A stretch of 64,000 nt of DNA from a virus (Duplodnaviria; Caudoviricetes): IMG/VR virus record IMGVR_UViG_2654587994_000003, positions 1 through 64,000 of that record; one strand, written 5' to 3'. Made by a program: the position numbers and the translations under genes. Shown here piece by piece: positions 18,847-29,065 of this stretch (positions within the stretch are counted from its first letter, which is position 1; each line of letters begins with the position of its first letter). The notes under the pieces are model-generated. The model was not told the DNA's origin. It worked only from the letters and a program-made list of their open reading frames with translations, and searched no databases.

Positions 18847-19689
18847 ATGTATGAAATCTATGCACGGCGCTGGCAGCGCCTTTTTAATTCCGAAGGCGGC
18901 GGCGGTGGTGGCGGTGGCGGCAACGAAAGCGGCGCATGGTCCCCGCCGCAGGGCCTGCCATCCGAATTCGCCGGCGCGTCCGCCGATGAAACCCTGGGCA
19001 AGCTCCTGGGCGGATACACGGATCTCAACACCCGTTTCGGCGGCATGCGCGAAAAGCTCTCGAAAATGCCGTCGGCGCCGGAAAAACCGGACATGTACAG
19101 TTTCGAGCCGGGCGATAACCTCAAGCCATTCTTCGGCGATCTGGCGAAAGATCCTGCCTTTGCGTCGGCGCGCACGGCCGCGCACAAGCACGGCCTCAGC
19201 CAGGAGCAATTTGCAGGCTTCATTTCCGACGTCTATTCGCCGCTCGTCGAACAGGGCGTGCTGTCCGCACCTTTCGACCCTGCCGGCGAACTGAAGACAT
19301 TTTCGAGCGCCACCGGCCTCGACGTCAAGGGAACACAGGAAGCGCTGGTCGCGAACGAGACTTTCGCCAAGGGGCTTTCCGCCCAGCTGAAGGACGTGCC
19401 GGAAGCGCTCAAAAACGACGTCAACGGTATGCTGATGGCTCTAACCGATACGGCCGCGGGCAACGTATTGCTTCGTGCCCTTTCCGGCCGCCTGGGGGAG
19501 AACGGCATCCGGATCAGTGGTGACGGCGGCCAGCAGGGCGCTTTGACCGCCGACGATCTCAAAAAGCTCGACACGGATCCGCGCATCGACCCCCGTAATC
19601 GCGATCACAAGGATCCGAACCAGCGGTTCGATGAGAGCCTTCGTAAACAGTATGACGAGGCGTATGCGCGCCTCTATCCGACCCGGTAA
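18847..19689 (+). CDS. Capsid scaffolding / assembly protein
   Basis: APEKPDMYSF, AHKHGLSQEQF; lies between portal and capsid. Confidence 0.75.
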   Translation: MYEIYARRWQRLFNSEGGGGGGGGGNESGAWSPPQGLPSEFAGASADETLGKLLGGYTDLNTRFGGMREKLSKMPSAPEKPDMYSFEPGDNLKPFFGDLAKDPAFASARTAAHKHGLSQEQFAGFISDVYSPLVEQGVLSAPFDPAGELKTFSSATGLDVKGTQEALVANETFAKGLSAQLKDVPEALKNDVNGMLMALTDTAAGNVLLRALSGRLGENGIRISGDGGQQGALTADDLKKLDTDPRIDPRNRDHKDPNQRFDESLRKQYDEAYARLYPTR

Positions 19690-19839
19690 AAGTTGACCGG
19701 ACGCCCGCCCGCTTATCGTCAAGATCAGCACAGGGCGGACCCGCGACGCCTGCGGCCTCTCCGGCGCTGACCGGACCCGCAGGCCTTCGTGGCCTCTCCA
19801 TCCCCGGTGTTTTCCCAACATCATCGGAGAGATCGTCAT

Positions 19840-20709
19840 ATGACGCAGAACGCACCCAACTGGAATACCACCCAGTACGCCAACCGGGCGATGCACATCT
19901 ACCAGACGAAGGGCAACCGCCTGCGGCCCACAGTCACCCAGGCCATGCGCATCGAGAACAACGAAAAAGGCGTCTTCTGGCTTGCCGGCAAGTCCAAGGC
20001 CAAGAAGATCGAGCGCCGGGAACGCAATCAGCCTTCGAATGCTGAACGCAAGAAGGTCGAAGTTCCGCTCGCCACCTGGAAGGCCTTTGACGTCATCGAG
20101 GAATACGACGTCGATCGCATGAGCGTGGATGAGAAGGAAGTCGTCTACGAAAGCGGCGCCAACGCGCTGGGCCGTGCGACCGACATCGAAATCTACGCCC
20201 AGATGGCCACGGCAATTCCGGGCGCTACGCTCGACTTCTCCGCAGCCGCGTTCAATGCCGCCAACGCGTTGACCCTTTGCGCCGCGCTGCAGAATGACAA
20301 AGTGCCGTGGGACGGTAACGTCTATTGCGGCCTTCCGGCCCTGCAGTGGAACCAGCTGCTTGCCAACAAGGTCGTCAATTCCGCCGATCATGTCGGACCG
20401 GACATTCCCTTCGTGAAGGCAACCGACACCCGCTTCTGGAACGGCGTCAACTGGTTCCTGTTCGTCGAAGAAGATGCGGCAGATCTTTACCCGGTTCCCG
20501 GTGCCAACAAGCAGGATCTGTTCATCTGGCATAAGTCGGCGATGGGCTGGGCGAACAACACCGATCTCAGCGTCATCACCGACTGGGATAACTACGAGAA
20601 CTGGTGGACCGTCAACATGACCTGCAAGGGCGCCGCGTCGCCCATGCAGGAAGGTAAGGGCATCAAGCGCTTCACCACCTCCAGCAACTCCGCGATCACG
20701 ATCGTCTGA
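19840..20709 (+). CDS. Major capsid protein
   Basis: YQTKGNRLRPTV, ANALGRATD, WHKSAMG (BPP-1-like MCP pattern); GGAGA SD. Confidence 0.88.
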   Translation: MTQNAPNWNTTQYANRAMHIYQTKGNRLRPTVTQAMRIENNEKGVFWLAGKSKAKKIERRERNQPSNAERKKVEVPLATWKAFDVIEEYDVDRMSVDEKEVVYESGANALGRATDIEIYAQMATAIPGATLDFSAAAFNAANALTLCAALQNDKVPWDGNVYCGLPALQWNQLLANKVVNSADHVGPDIPFVKATDTRFWNGVNWFLFVEEDAADLYPVPGANKQDLFIWHKSAMGWANNTDLSVITDWDNYENWWTVNMTCKGAASPMQEGKGIKRFTTSSNSAITIV

Positions 20710-20770
20710 TGCTGACGGCGGCGTTAGCGCCGCCTTCATCCTTGTTTATTTCCAGGAAAGGAAAACCACC

Positions 20771-21049
20771 ATGGCTTTCGATAAGAAAGGTTTCCGGACG
20801 GTCGATTTCATGTTCAATCCGTCCGGCGCCGCCGGCGCCAATCTCGGCGTCCACAAGTATGTCACCAATGACGATCGTGCAGCCATTGAAACGGCTGGCT
20901 ATTTCAACCCCCTCGCCAAGCTCCTGAAGGTCGGCGACCATCTCGATACGACCCTCGCCTTGGGTACTGCGCCAGTAAGGCGAAACTACATCGTCACCGC
21001 CAACACGGGCACCGTCGTCACCATCGCAGCCCAGAACATCGCAGCCTGA
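20771..21049 (+). CDS. Capsid decoration / cement-like protein
   Basis: YVTNDDRAAIETAGYFN..LKVGD; strong SD after MCP. Confidence 0.65.
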   Translation: MAFDKKGFRTVDFMFNPSGAAGANLGVHKYVTNDDRAAIETAGYFNPLAKLLKVGDHLDTTLALGTAPVRRNYIVTANTGTVVTIAAQNIAA

Positions 21050-21117
21050 TGTTTTGATGCAGCCCTGCCCTCGTCGGTTCACGCCCCGGCGAGGGTTAGG
21101 CATTTGAGGATTTGCCC

Positions 21118-21747
21118 ATGGCTCTGCTGACCCCCCTCGATATCATTAACACCTCATGCGCCAGGATCGGGGAAGAGCCCGTTCAGAGCCTTACGGAGGA
21201 TCTGGGCGGTGGCCAGAGCGCATCGCTGATCTATGAAGAAACCGTGGATTTCAATCTGGGCCTTCAGCCGTCCGGTTTTGCATTTGCGCGCGAGGTTCGC
21301 CAGCTCTCCCGCTTGACGGACGCCACGCCGCTTACGGGTTTCAGGAACGTCTTCGAGATCCCGCAACCATACACCGGGCTGCCCGTTTTCTTCTCCGATG
21401 ACGTCACGGATCCCGATCGTCGGTTCGACCGATTTATTCTTACCAACGGCCAGGTGCACTCCGACGCCGACCCTCTCTTCGCCATGGTCAAGTTTCGTCC
21501 GGATCCGCACCGCTGGACCGGCACCTTCAAGACGGCCACGATCACGGCGCTTGCGGGAAAGCTCGCTTTCGCGATCGCCTCCAATCGCAATGCCATGTCG
21601 GATTTTTTGACAGAAGCCTATGGCACGCCATCCGAAGGGTTTCGCGGCGGTCAGATGCGCGCCGCCCTGTCAGAAGATGGCTTTGCCAATCCGCCGCGGC
21701 GGATCCAGACCCATCATAATCCACTCGAGATGGCCTGGAGGTCCTGA
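21118..21747 (+). CDS. Tail tubular protein A / adaptor
   Basis: LDIINTSCARIGEEPVQSL N-terminal pattern. Confidence 0.8.
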   Translation: MALLTPLDIINTSCARIGEEPVQSLTEDLGGGQSASLIYEETVDFNLGLQPSGFAFAREVRQLSRLTDATPLTGFRNVFEIPQPYTGLPVFFSDDVTDPDRRFDRFILTNGQVHSDADPLFAMVKFRPDPHRWTGTFKTATITALAGKLAFAIASNRNAMSDFLTEAYGTPSEGFRGGQMRAALSEDGFANPPRRIQTHHNPLEMAWRS

Positions 21748-23777
21748 TGGTTTCGAGCCCTGGACGGATGCAATCGGCATTCACCGCCGGCGAGCTCGCG
21801 GATATCCTCGAGGAGCGCACCACCCTCAAATATTTCTCGACCGGCCTAAAGCATGCCGAAAATATCGTCGTGGCGCCACAAGGTGGATTTCGACTTCGTG
21901 ACGGGCTGCGCTTGATCGGCGATTTGCCCACCAATGCTTCCCGGCTTCTCCCTTTTGATGCATCGATCGGGACCTACTTCGACCTGGTATTGGCCGGCGA
22001 CAATTGCCAAATATGGAACGCAACAGCCGTTTCGGCCACCATCACGATCGCGGGCCTTGGAACCTTCAACGATGAACTGACTTTTGCCCAGCGCCTTGAT
22101 ACTCTTTTGTTGTTCCATAACGAACTGCAGTCGAAACGGGTCCGGTACACTGAGGCCGGGTGGCTGGTCGATAATCTGCCATTCGAGGAGCTTCCGAACT
22201 ACGATTATGGCGAGGAGTATACTAACGGCGTGCCGGCGGCATGGCGTCTGGAATTCGTAGGTCTCGTGAGCGGCACCACGATCTTCGTGCTGACGATCTC
22301 TGGTATCGAGACCCAGTCGATTGCTTACAATAGCAACATGGTCGCCCTCGCTGCCGCGATCGATGACGCGATCGCAGATCTTCCAAATGTCTCGGCGGGG
22401 TTTACTGTAACGTGGTCGGAAGCGGACAAGATCCTCATCACCTTTTCTGGCAGCGGCAATGAGGGCGATGGCTGGGCAGTATCCGGTCGCATCGTCAACA
22501 AATCCGACGCGGCAGTGCTTTCCGTCAAGCAGACGGCTGGCGTCTCCCCAGGCGAGCCGGTGATATCGGCCGAGCGCGGCTGGCCCCAGTGCGGATGCTT
22601 TTACCAGCAGCGCCTTATCGTCGGGGGCTTCCGTTCTCTTCCCAATGCCTGGATGGCTTCACGACAAGCCGATTACTTCAATTTCGATAACCGCTTTACC
22701 GAGGCGAGCGGACCTTTCCTCGTGCCGATGGACATCGCCGGCGGCGAGCGCATCGAGCAGGTGGTTTCCTCCCTCAATCTTCAGATCCTCACCACCCAGG
22801 CGGAGTACTGGATTGCAGAGCGGGCGCTTTCCAAGACCGAAGCTCCGAACCATGTTCAGGCCTCCCGCAACGGTATCAAGCGCGGTGTCCCGGTCGCGGA
22901 AAACGAGGGCGCATCTCTCTGGTGTCACAGCAACGGCTCAACCCTGGGCGAATTGCGATACACCGACCAGGAGGGAAATTACATCGCGACCAACATTTCT
23001 CTTCTTGCGCCTCACCTCCTGCAGGACGTTTCTGATATGGCGGTTCGCCGGGCGACGGCCTCAATGGATGGAAATGTCGGCTGCGTCCTTCTGGAGGACG
23101 GGAACGCCCGCCTGGTCACTTTGCTTCGCGAACAGGAAGTCACCGCTTTCGCCAGAATGACGGCCGACGGCGATTTCAAGGCTGTATCCCGCAACGGCCG
23201 CAATGAACTGTCTCTCATCATGGATCATGGGGGGCAGCGTACCCTCGAGCGGATGGAAAACGGTTTGCTTCTCGATGAGGCGATCGACTTTTCCTTTGGA
23301 GTTCCGACGGCCGCGATCGGCGGTCTCGCCAGGTTTAACGGTCGCGAGGTATGGGCGATCGGTGATCGAAATGTGTTTGGACCCTTTACCGTCGCTTCAG
23401 GCGCGATCGCGCTTCCCGTTCCCGTTTCAGCCGCCACGATCGGAACATGGCGGCCGCCGGTGGTTTCGACGCTTCCACCACCGCGGGAGGTGGGCCCGAA
23501 CACTGTCCTGAAGCGTAAAGCAAGGATCCACACCGTCCATATTTCCGTACTGGACACAACCAGCCTGGCGATCGGCACCAATGGCGGCCCGCTTCATGAC
23601 GTTGATCTTTATCGCTGGGGTGTATCGGCCGATGTTCCCGAGCTCGACCAGGGCGTGACCCGAAGCATCAAGATCAGCGGCCTTCGTGGTTATTCCGATG
23701 CGCCTTTCCTCACCATCTCGCAAAAGCGGCCCGGTAGACTGAACATCCGGGCCATTACGGTAGAGGCTGCACTATAA
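21747..23777 (+). CDS. Tail tubular protein B / nozzle
   Basis: QSAFTAGEL, PQGGFRLRDG, WPQCGCFYQQRL motifs. Confidence 0.85.
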   Translation: MVSSPGRMQSAFTAGELADILEERTTLKYFSTGLKHAENIVVAPQGGFRLRDGLRLIGDLPTNASRLLPFDASIGTYFDLVLAGDNCQIWNATAVSATITIAGLGTFNDELTFAQRLDTLLLFHNELQSKRVRYTEAGWLVDNLPFEELPNYDYGEEYTNGVPAAWRLEFVGLVSGTTIFVLTISGIETQSIAYNSNMVALAAAIDDAIADLPNVSAGFTVTWSEADKILITFSGSGNEGDGWAVSGRIVNKSDAAVLSVKQTAGVSPGEPVISAERGWPQCGCFYQQRLIVGGFRSLPNAWMASRQADYFNFDNRFTEASGPFLVPMDIAGGERIEQVVSSLNLQILTTQAEYWIAERALSKTEAPNHVQASRNGIKRGVPVAENEGASLWCHSNGSTLGELRYTDQEGNYIATNISLLAPHLLQDVSDMAVRRATASMDGNVGCVLLEDGNARLVTLLREQEVTAFARMTADGDFKAVSRNGRNELSLIMDHGGQRTLERMENGLLLDEAIDFSFGVPTAAIGGLARFNGREVWAIGDRNVFGPFTVASGAIALPVPVSAATIGTWRPPVVSTLPPPREVGPNTVLKRKARIHTVHISVLDTTSLAIGTNGGPLHDVDLYRWGVSADVPELDQGVTRSIKISGLRGYSDAPFLTISQKRPGRLNIRAITVEAAL

Positions 23778-23790
23778 TGGAGATGCAGCC

Positions 23791-24357
23791 ATGCAACTTG
23801 CCGTCGCGGCGATCGGAAAAGTTTTTGCGGGACTAGGATTGTCAGGTGCGGCAACTGGCGCCGCCGCCACCACGACGGCCGGCGCAGCCACTGGCGCCGC
23901 GGCAGCCGGATCCGGAGCGCTCGGCGCCCTTCAGGGTTTCTCGACCGTCCTCAAGGTTCTTGGCACCATCGGCGCCGGCGCTGCAGCCGCCCGCGAGAGC
24001 AACGACCTTGCCGCCCAGACCATGCTGCAGGAAGGCCAGGAACAGCTGGCGGGCGAGCAGCGGAAAACCAAGATGTCCCGCGAACTGGCCCGCGTTCTCG
24101 GCAACAACGATGTTGCCTATGCTGCTGCCGGCATCGATCTCACGCAGGGCGTTGCTGCTGACAGTGCAGCCAATGCAAAGGCCCGGGCCGCAGATGAAAT
24201 ATCCATTGACCAACAGGATACCGACTTCAGGCGCGCCATGTATCGCCTGCGAGCTCAGAATCTCGTAGCCCGAGGGAAATCCCAAAAAGGCGGCGCCCTG
24301 CTGAGCGCATTCGGCGATGTCGCCAATTACGGTATCGGCTTGGCGGAGAGAGGCTAA
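23791..24357 (+). CDS. Internal virion (ejection) protein
   Basis: A/G-rich; VAYAAAGIDL motif; synteny. Confidence 0.7.
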   Translation: MQLAVAAIGKVFAGLGLSGAATGAAATTTAGAATGAAAAGSGALGALQGFSTVLKVLGTIGAGAAAARESNDLAAQTMLQEGQEQLAGEQRKTKMSRELARVLGNNDVAYAAAGIDLTQGVAADSAANAKARAADEISIDQQDTDFRRAMYRLRAQNLVARGKSQKGGALLSAFGDVANYGIGLAERG

Positions 24358-27233
24358 TGGCAAACAGACAGGTTCGCACTCCGGGCCAGCTGGCCCGCTT
24401 CGACATAAGTGCTGCGATCGGCGATGCGCCCGGTTTTGCGGTCAACACCGGCCAGGCCGCCGAGGCGCTCGCCAATGTTGCCGGCAATCTCTCTGATACG
24501 CTCGGAAAAATGGCCGATCGTGCCGCCCAGCGCGAAGGCGAACTTGCGGGATTGACAGCCGGCCAGGAGTCCGCCGGATCCTACTTGCAGCACGCGCAGG
24601 CGAACGGAATTGCGGCTGGTGTCGCTGGAGCCGGCCCGTGGTACGAACAGGCCAAGGCCCTGCTGCGTAAAGAAGAAGGTTTCCGGGAGGTCCCTTATTA
24701 TGACGTGAATGCCCACCGCGTCGGCTACGGATCCGACACAACGGTAACGGCCGACGGCAAGGTCGTGAAAGTCGTCAAGGGAATGAAAATCACCCGCGAC
24801 GACGCCGAACGTGATCTTGATTACCGCCTGACAAAACGCGAGGGCCTGCAGGTCCAGAAGCAGCTGGGTGACACCTGGAACAGGTTGCCGGAAAGCGCGA
24901 AAGCCGCGCTGGCGTCCGTCGGCTATAACTATGGCTCCCTGCCAAAAGAGGTTGTCGCTGCCGCAAAGACCGGAAACCTTGAGATGCTGTCTTCAGCAGT
25001 CGCGGGTTTGAGCTCAAACAAGTCGCGGCGCCAGCGGGAAGCCGCCATGATCCTGGGCGCTCGCAGCGCGCCCGTGCAGACGGCGACCGCAACAACGACA
25101 CAGCCTGTAGGCGCGCCGACTGCAAAAGCCGCCGCGGCGCCTGCAGGTGTTGATCCGACGAAAACAGCCAGCACGGAAACTCCTCTTTCGACAACGCCGC
25201 TAGCCCTTCGTCGTGACGGCACTATTCGGGGAGAGGCGTTCGACAATGCGGCCTTGTCTTCCTGGGGCTGGCGCATGCAAGAGGGCGTATCAACCGACCT
25301 CTATGCAGCAGCACAGCAATTCGAGGAAGATCCAATCGGATATGCTGCTGCAGCTGAAACGATCCGGAAAAAGTGGGCTGACGAGTTGCCGGCGGATCCC
25401 AAAACGAGGGAGATGTTCGACAAGAGCTTCGTCAACCAGAACCAGGCCTACACGCGGAACATCAATGCGCAGCATGAGAAAAAACTGAGGGAGGAGCAGC
25501 TTGCCTCATTTTCTGCAGGGTATAGCTCGAGGCTCATCGACTTCGAGCGCCAGGCGCAGGTGTTGGGTGCGAACCCGGACGGCGATGCAATCATTGCCGA
25601 GCAGACCCGGACCATTCAGAATTCGATAGATGGCGCCGCGACGCAAGGCATTCTCACGCCCGCCCAGGCGGCAAAGTACAAGCTCGATGTGGCCGAGACT
25701 GCAGCGCGCGGCAGGATACAGGGCGTCTACGATGCTCTTCCGACGCCGGAACAGAAAGAGGCTTTTGCCACCAGCATCCTGAATGACTGGAAAGAGCGGA
25801 AGGGCCCTCTTGCTGCCCTGCCCTATGATACCGTCAAGGGCATTTCCAACACGCTTTTCAACGATGCCCGGGAACAGATCAACCGGCGCACGGCGTCGAA
25901 TAAGGCCGAAAAAATCCGTGTCGATGCGCTGATCGAGGATGACGTCGCCAGCATCGCCGCAACCGGCAAGGGCCTCGATCCCGCCTCTTCCGGCCTTGAC
26001 CCGGCAAAGGTCGGGGAGATCATCGGTCCTGAAGGAATGCAGAAATGGCGGCTGGGGCAGGATCGTGCCAATCGCATCTATTCCGCGACAAACGGCATGG
26101 AGGTCCAGAGCACCGCCGATCTCAACCAGCGCCTTACCTTGATGAAGCCTACGGCGGGAAAGCCCGGTTACGCCGACGAGCTCGAGATCTACGAAGCCGC
26201 CCGCAAGCGCGCCCAGGACGTCCTGAAGGAGCGGCAGACCGATCCTCTTGGCCAGGCAGCACGCGGGGGCGCAATCGAAATTCAGCCGATCGACGCCACA
26301 TCGGCCGACGAGCTCTCCCGCACACTGACGTTGCGAAAGACCCAGCGTGACCAGGTCGCGGGTCTCTATCAGCAACAGGTGCCGGTTTTCCGGCCCGGGG
26401 AGAAAGAGGCCCTTTCGGCAGCTATTCTGCGCAAACCGGAGATGCTGCCGGCGTTCGCCATGTCGGTGCAGGAAGCATTCGGAAACGAAGCGCCGCGTGT
26501 GCTTTCCGAAATCAGTGAAGATGGCCCGGTTATCGCCCATGCAGCCGGCCTGTCTCTCGCGTCGGGAGATACTTCGATCGCCAACGACGTCGCCGACACC
26601 TTGGCCAACAAGCGGGAAAAGGTCTACACCGCCAAGATGCCAGCGCAGGGCGAAATGTCGAACTTCGCCAACGGCGAGATCGCCGGCGCCATGTATGCGG
26701 ATCCGCGCACACAATCGGCTCTCGTCCAGACCGCCTCCATCCTGTTTGAGCAGATGGCAAACCAGCACGGCTTTGATGCCACGGATCTGAAAACAGATGG
26801 ATCGGTCGCGCGTGCCGCATTCTCCCGCGCAATCGACCGCGCCGCCGGCGCGCGCACGATTGGCGACAAAACCTTCGGCGGCCTGGCGGAGGTCAACGGC
26901 GCCCGGATCATTGTGCCGTCTGACATGGAGAAAGATCAGCCCGCCCGCCTGCTTGCCGGCCTCACGTCTGCCCAGATGGAAAAGCTGCCGCCGATCGACA
27001 GCAGCAACGAATTCAAGATCCCGATCGAGAAGATTCGGCAGGCGAAACTGGTTTCGGTGGGCGACGGCCTCTATCGAGTGGCGCTGAACGATCCGTTGAG
27101 CGACGACCCCAAATATCTTCGCGCCGCCGGCGGCACGTTCTGGACCCTTAACATTCGCCAACTGGATGAGGTGTCCAAAACTACCCGCTCCCGGGATGAG
27201 GATCTCGATCTTACGCCGTGGATGCCACTATGA
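24357..27233 (+). CDS. Internal virion protein with lysozyme domain
   Basis: LLRKEEGFREVPYYD..VGYG..ALASVGYNYG..RRQREA GH24-like domain. Confidence 0.8.
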   Translation: MANRQVRTPGQLARFDISAAIGDAPGFAVNTGQAAEALANVAGNLSDTLGKMADRAAQREGELAGLTAGQESAGSYLQHAQANGIAAGVAGAGPWYEQAKALLRKEEGFREVPYYDVNAHRVGYGSDTTVTADGKVVKVVKGMKITRDDAERDLDYRLTKREGLQVQKQLGDTWNRLPESAKAALASVGYNYGSLPKEVVAAAKTGNLEMLSSAVAGLSSNKSRRQREAAMILGARSAPVQTATATTTQPVGAPTAKAAAAPAGVDPTKTASTETPLSTTPLALRRDGTIRGEAFDNAALSSWGWRMQEGVSTDLYAAAQQFEEDPIGYAAAAETIRKKWADELPADPKTREMFDKSFVNQNQAYTRNINAQHEKKLREEQLASFSAGYSSRLIDFERQAQVLGANPDGDAIIAEQTRTIQNSIDGAATQGILTPAQAAKYKLDVAETAARGRIQGVYDALPTPEQKEAFATSILNDWKERKGPLAALPYDTVKGISNTLFNDAREQINRRTASNKAEKIRVDALIEDDVASIAATGKGLDPASSGLDPAKVGEIIGPEGMQKWRLGQDRANRIYSATNGMEVQSTADLNQRLTLMKPTAGKPGYADELEIYEAARKRAQDVLKERQTDPLGQAARGGAIEIQPIDATSADELSRTLTLRKTQRDQVAGLYQQQVPVFRPGEKEALSAAILRKPEMLPAFAMSVQEAFGNEAPRVLSEISEDGPVIAHAAGLSLASGDTSIANDVADTLANKREKVYTAKMPAQGEMSNFANGEIAGAMYADPRTQSALVQTASILFEQMANQHGFDATDLKTDGSVARAAFSRAIDRAAGARTIGDKTFGGLAEVNGARIIVPSDMEKDQPARLLAGLTSAQMEKLPPIDSSNEFKIPIEKIRQAKLVSVGDGLYRVALNDPLSDDPKYLRAAGGTFWTLNIRQLDEVSKTTRSRDEDLDLTPWMPL

Positions 27234-29065
27234 GCTTCTGGTTCTCGCCAATTCGTGATGACGCCCCTGCGTCATGGGCGGACGGTCAATCGTCGCTCCG
27301 CGAGATATGGGACGCTGCGCGTGAGCAAATGCGCCTCGTCGACAACACGACGGCAAAGGCCGAGGCATACACCCGCGCTTATGATGAGCGGATCCGCGCG
27401 ATCCGGGATGCGACCGGCGAAACCTTCGAAAACCCGATGAATGTCAGCGTTGCCCGGGACGAACCGGAACAGCGTTTCGATCCGCAACGCGGCATCATCA
27501 GCGATACCGAGCGCACGGCCGCCAAGATGCAGGAGGCTGTTGATCGCTTTAACAGCTGGCTTTCTGACGTCGAGAAGCGTCATCCCGATCGTTCATCTGT
27601 CATCCGCGCCGGTGTACCGGTCGAGCGCGACGCCGAGGCTCTTGCGAAGAACGCTGACGAGCGCCTGGCTAAGGCCATGGCGGCCAATGACGGCGTCAGC
27701 CGCTGGATGGCAGCGATCGGCGGCGGTGTCGTCGGTTCTGCCTACGACCCCATTCAGGTCATGACGATGTTTGCCGGCGGTGGACCTGGTGGCGCGCGCA
27801 CGATTGGCGGTCGCATTCTTTCCACAGCGCTGAAGGAGGCTGCTGTCAACGGCTTTGTTGAAGCTGCCCTTCAGCCGCAGGCTCAATCCTGGCGTAAGGA
27901 AATCGGAATTGAGAACGGCCTCAACGAAGCCCTGAAGAATGTCGCCTTTGCTGCAACTGTCGGCGGCGTGCTCGGCGGTGGCGTCCAGGCGGGCGGTGAG
28001 GCCCTTGGTCGCATGTTGCGCCCGCGAGAGGTCGATCAGGTCGCTGAAACCATTGTCGCATCGCCGGCGACACGGCCGGAGATCCGCGAGGCATTTTCCG
28101 GAGATCCGATACGCGCCAGCGAAATCGCTGCACCGATACGCAGCGCCATGCCGGCCGAGGCACGCGGAGCAATCGACGCCATCAGCTCCATGCGTGCGAT
28201 CGACGACATGCGGCCCGCGGCCGCCACGATCGAGACCCATGATACCGCAGTCAGCCAGGCCATGCGGGCCGCACAGACAAACACGCCGTTTTCGTTTGAA
28301 CCGGATCCGGAACAGGTGCGCCGCATCGTCGACCAGCTTGTGCCGGAAAGCGTTACCAGCAAAGCCGCCGACACGGATACGCTCGCGCAATTCCTTATGC
28401 GGACAGGCGGCGTGCAGGATTTCCGCGGGGAACTGAGGGCGCTTGGCCTCGAGAACGTTAGCGAGCGTTTCGTGGGCCGTCTCGTCCGCGAAAACGGACT
28501 GCCGCTCGACGAGGCGCGCAGATCCGCCGCAGAGGCCGGTTATTTCGATCACCGGTATGGCACGCCTGATGAGGCTATGGAAAAAAGCACCATTCGCGAC
28601 CTCCTCGACGATCTGGACGCCGGCTCTCGCGAAACTTCCCGTTCCATCGATGACGGCGGCCGCGCCTACGCCGACGGCCTGGTGAATGAACTCGTTGCCC
28701 GCGCAGGCCCCGCCGTCGACGACAAATTGATCCTGAAGGCGGCCGAGCTGGCCAATGCGGAAAACATCGCGCCTGCGGAAGCGCTGGACCGCGTCTTGAT
28801 TGACGCCGATCGAGCAGCTGAAGAAGCGACACGTATCCCGGTGGCGCCGGAGCGGATCGACGTCAACGACATGCGCGGCGGTCTCGATGATCCAGGCCGG
28901 CCGATCGAGGACACGTTTTTCACCGACGAGGATCTCGCGGATCTTCCGGATGATTTCGATATTCCCTTTTTCGATGACGGCCGCGCCGTCACACCTGAAG
29001 GGATCAAGGAAGAGCTCGAGCGCCTCGACTGGCTCTCGACCGTCGTGGAGGCCTGCCGGGCATGA
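27230..29065 (+). CDS. Internal virion protein
   Basis: Gly-rich hydrophobic middle; coupled to neighbours. Confidence 0.7.
   Translation: MSFWFSPIRDDAPASWADGQSSLREIWDAAREQMRLVDNTTAKAEAYTRAYDERIRAIRDATGETFENPMNVSVARDEPEQRFDPQRGIISDTERTAAKMQEAVDRFNSWLSDVEKRHPDRSSVIRAGVPVERDAEALAKNADERLAKAMAANDGVSRWMAAIGGGVVGSAYDPIQVMTMFAGGGPGGARTIGGRILSTALKEAAVNGFVEAALQPQAQSWRKEIGIENGLNEALKNVAFAATVGGVLGGGVQAGGEALGRMLRPREVDQVAETIVASPATRPEIREAFSGDPIRASEIAAPIRSAMPAEARGAIDAISSMRAIDDMRPAAATIETHDTAVSQAMRAAQTNTPFSFEPDPEQVRRIVDQLVPESVTSKAADTDTLAQFLMRTGGVQDFRGELRALGLENVSERFVGRLVRENGLPLDEARRSAAEAGYFDHRYGTPDEAMEKSTIRDLLDDLDAGSRETSRSIDDGGRAYADGLVNELVARAGPAVDDKLILKAAELANAENIAPAEALDRVLIDADRAAEEATRIPVAPERIDVNDMRGGLDDPGRPIEDTFFTDEDLADLPDDFDIPFFDDGRAVTPEGIKEELERLDWLSTVVEACRA

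Noticed and set aside
18895-18921. GGC/GGT microsatellite
   Set aside because: Encodes a poly-Gly linker in the scaffold protein; in frame, with no evidence of phase variation
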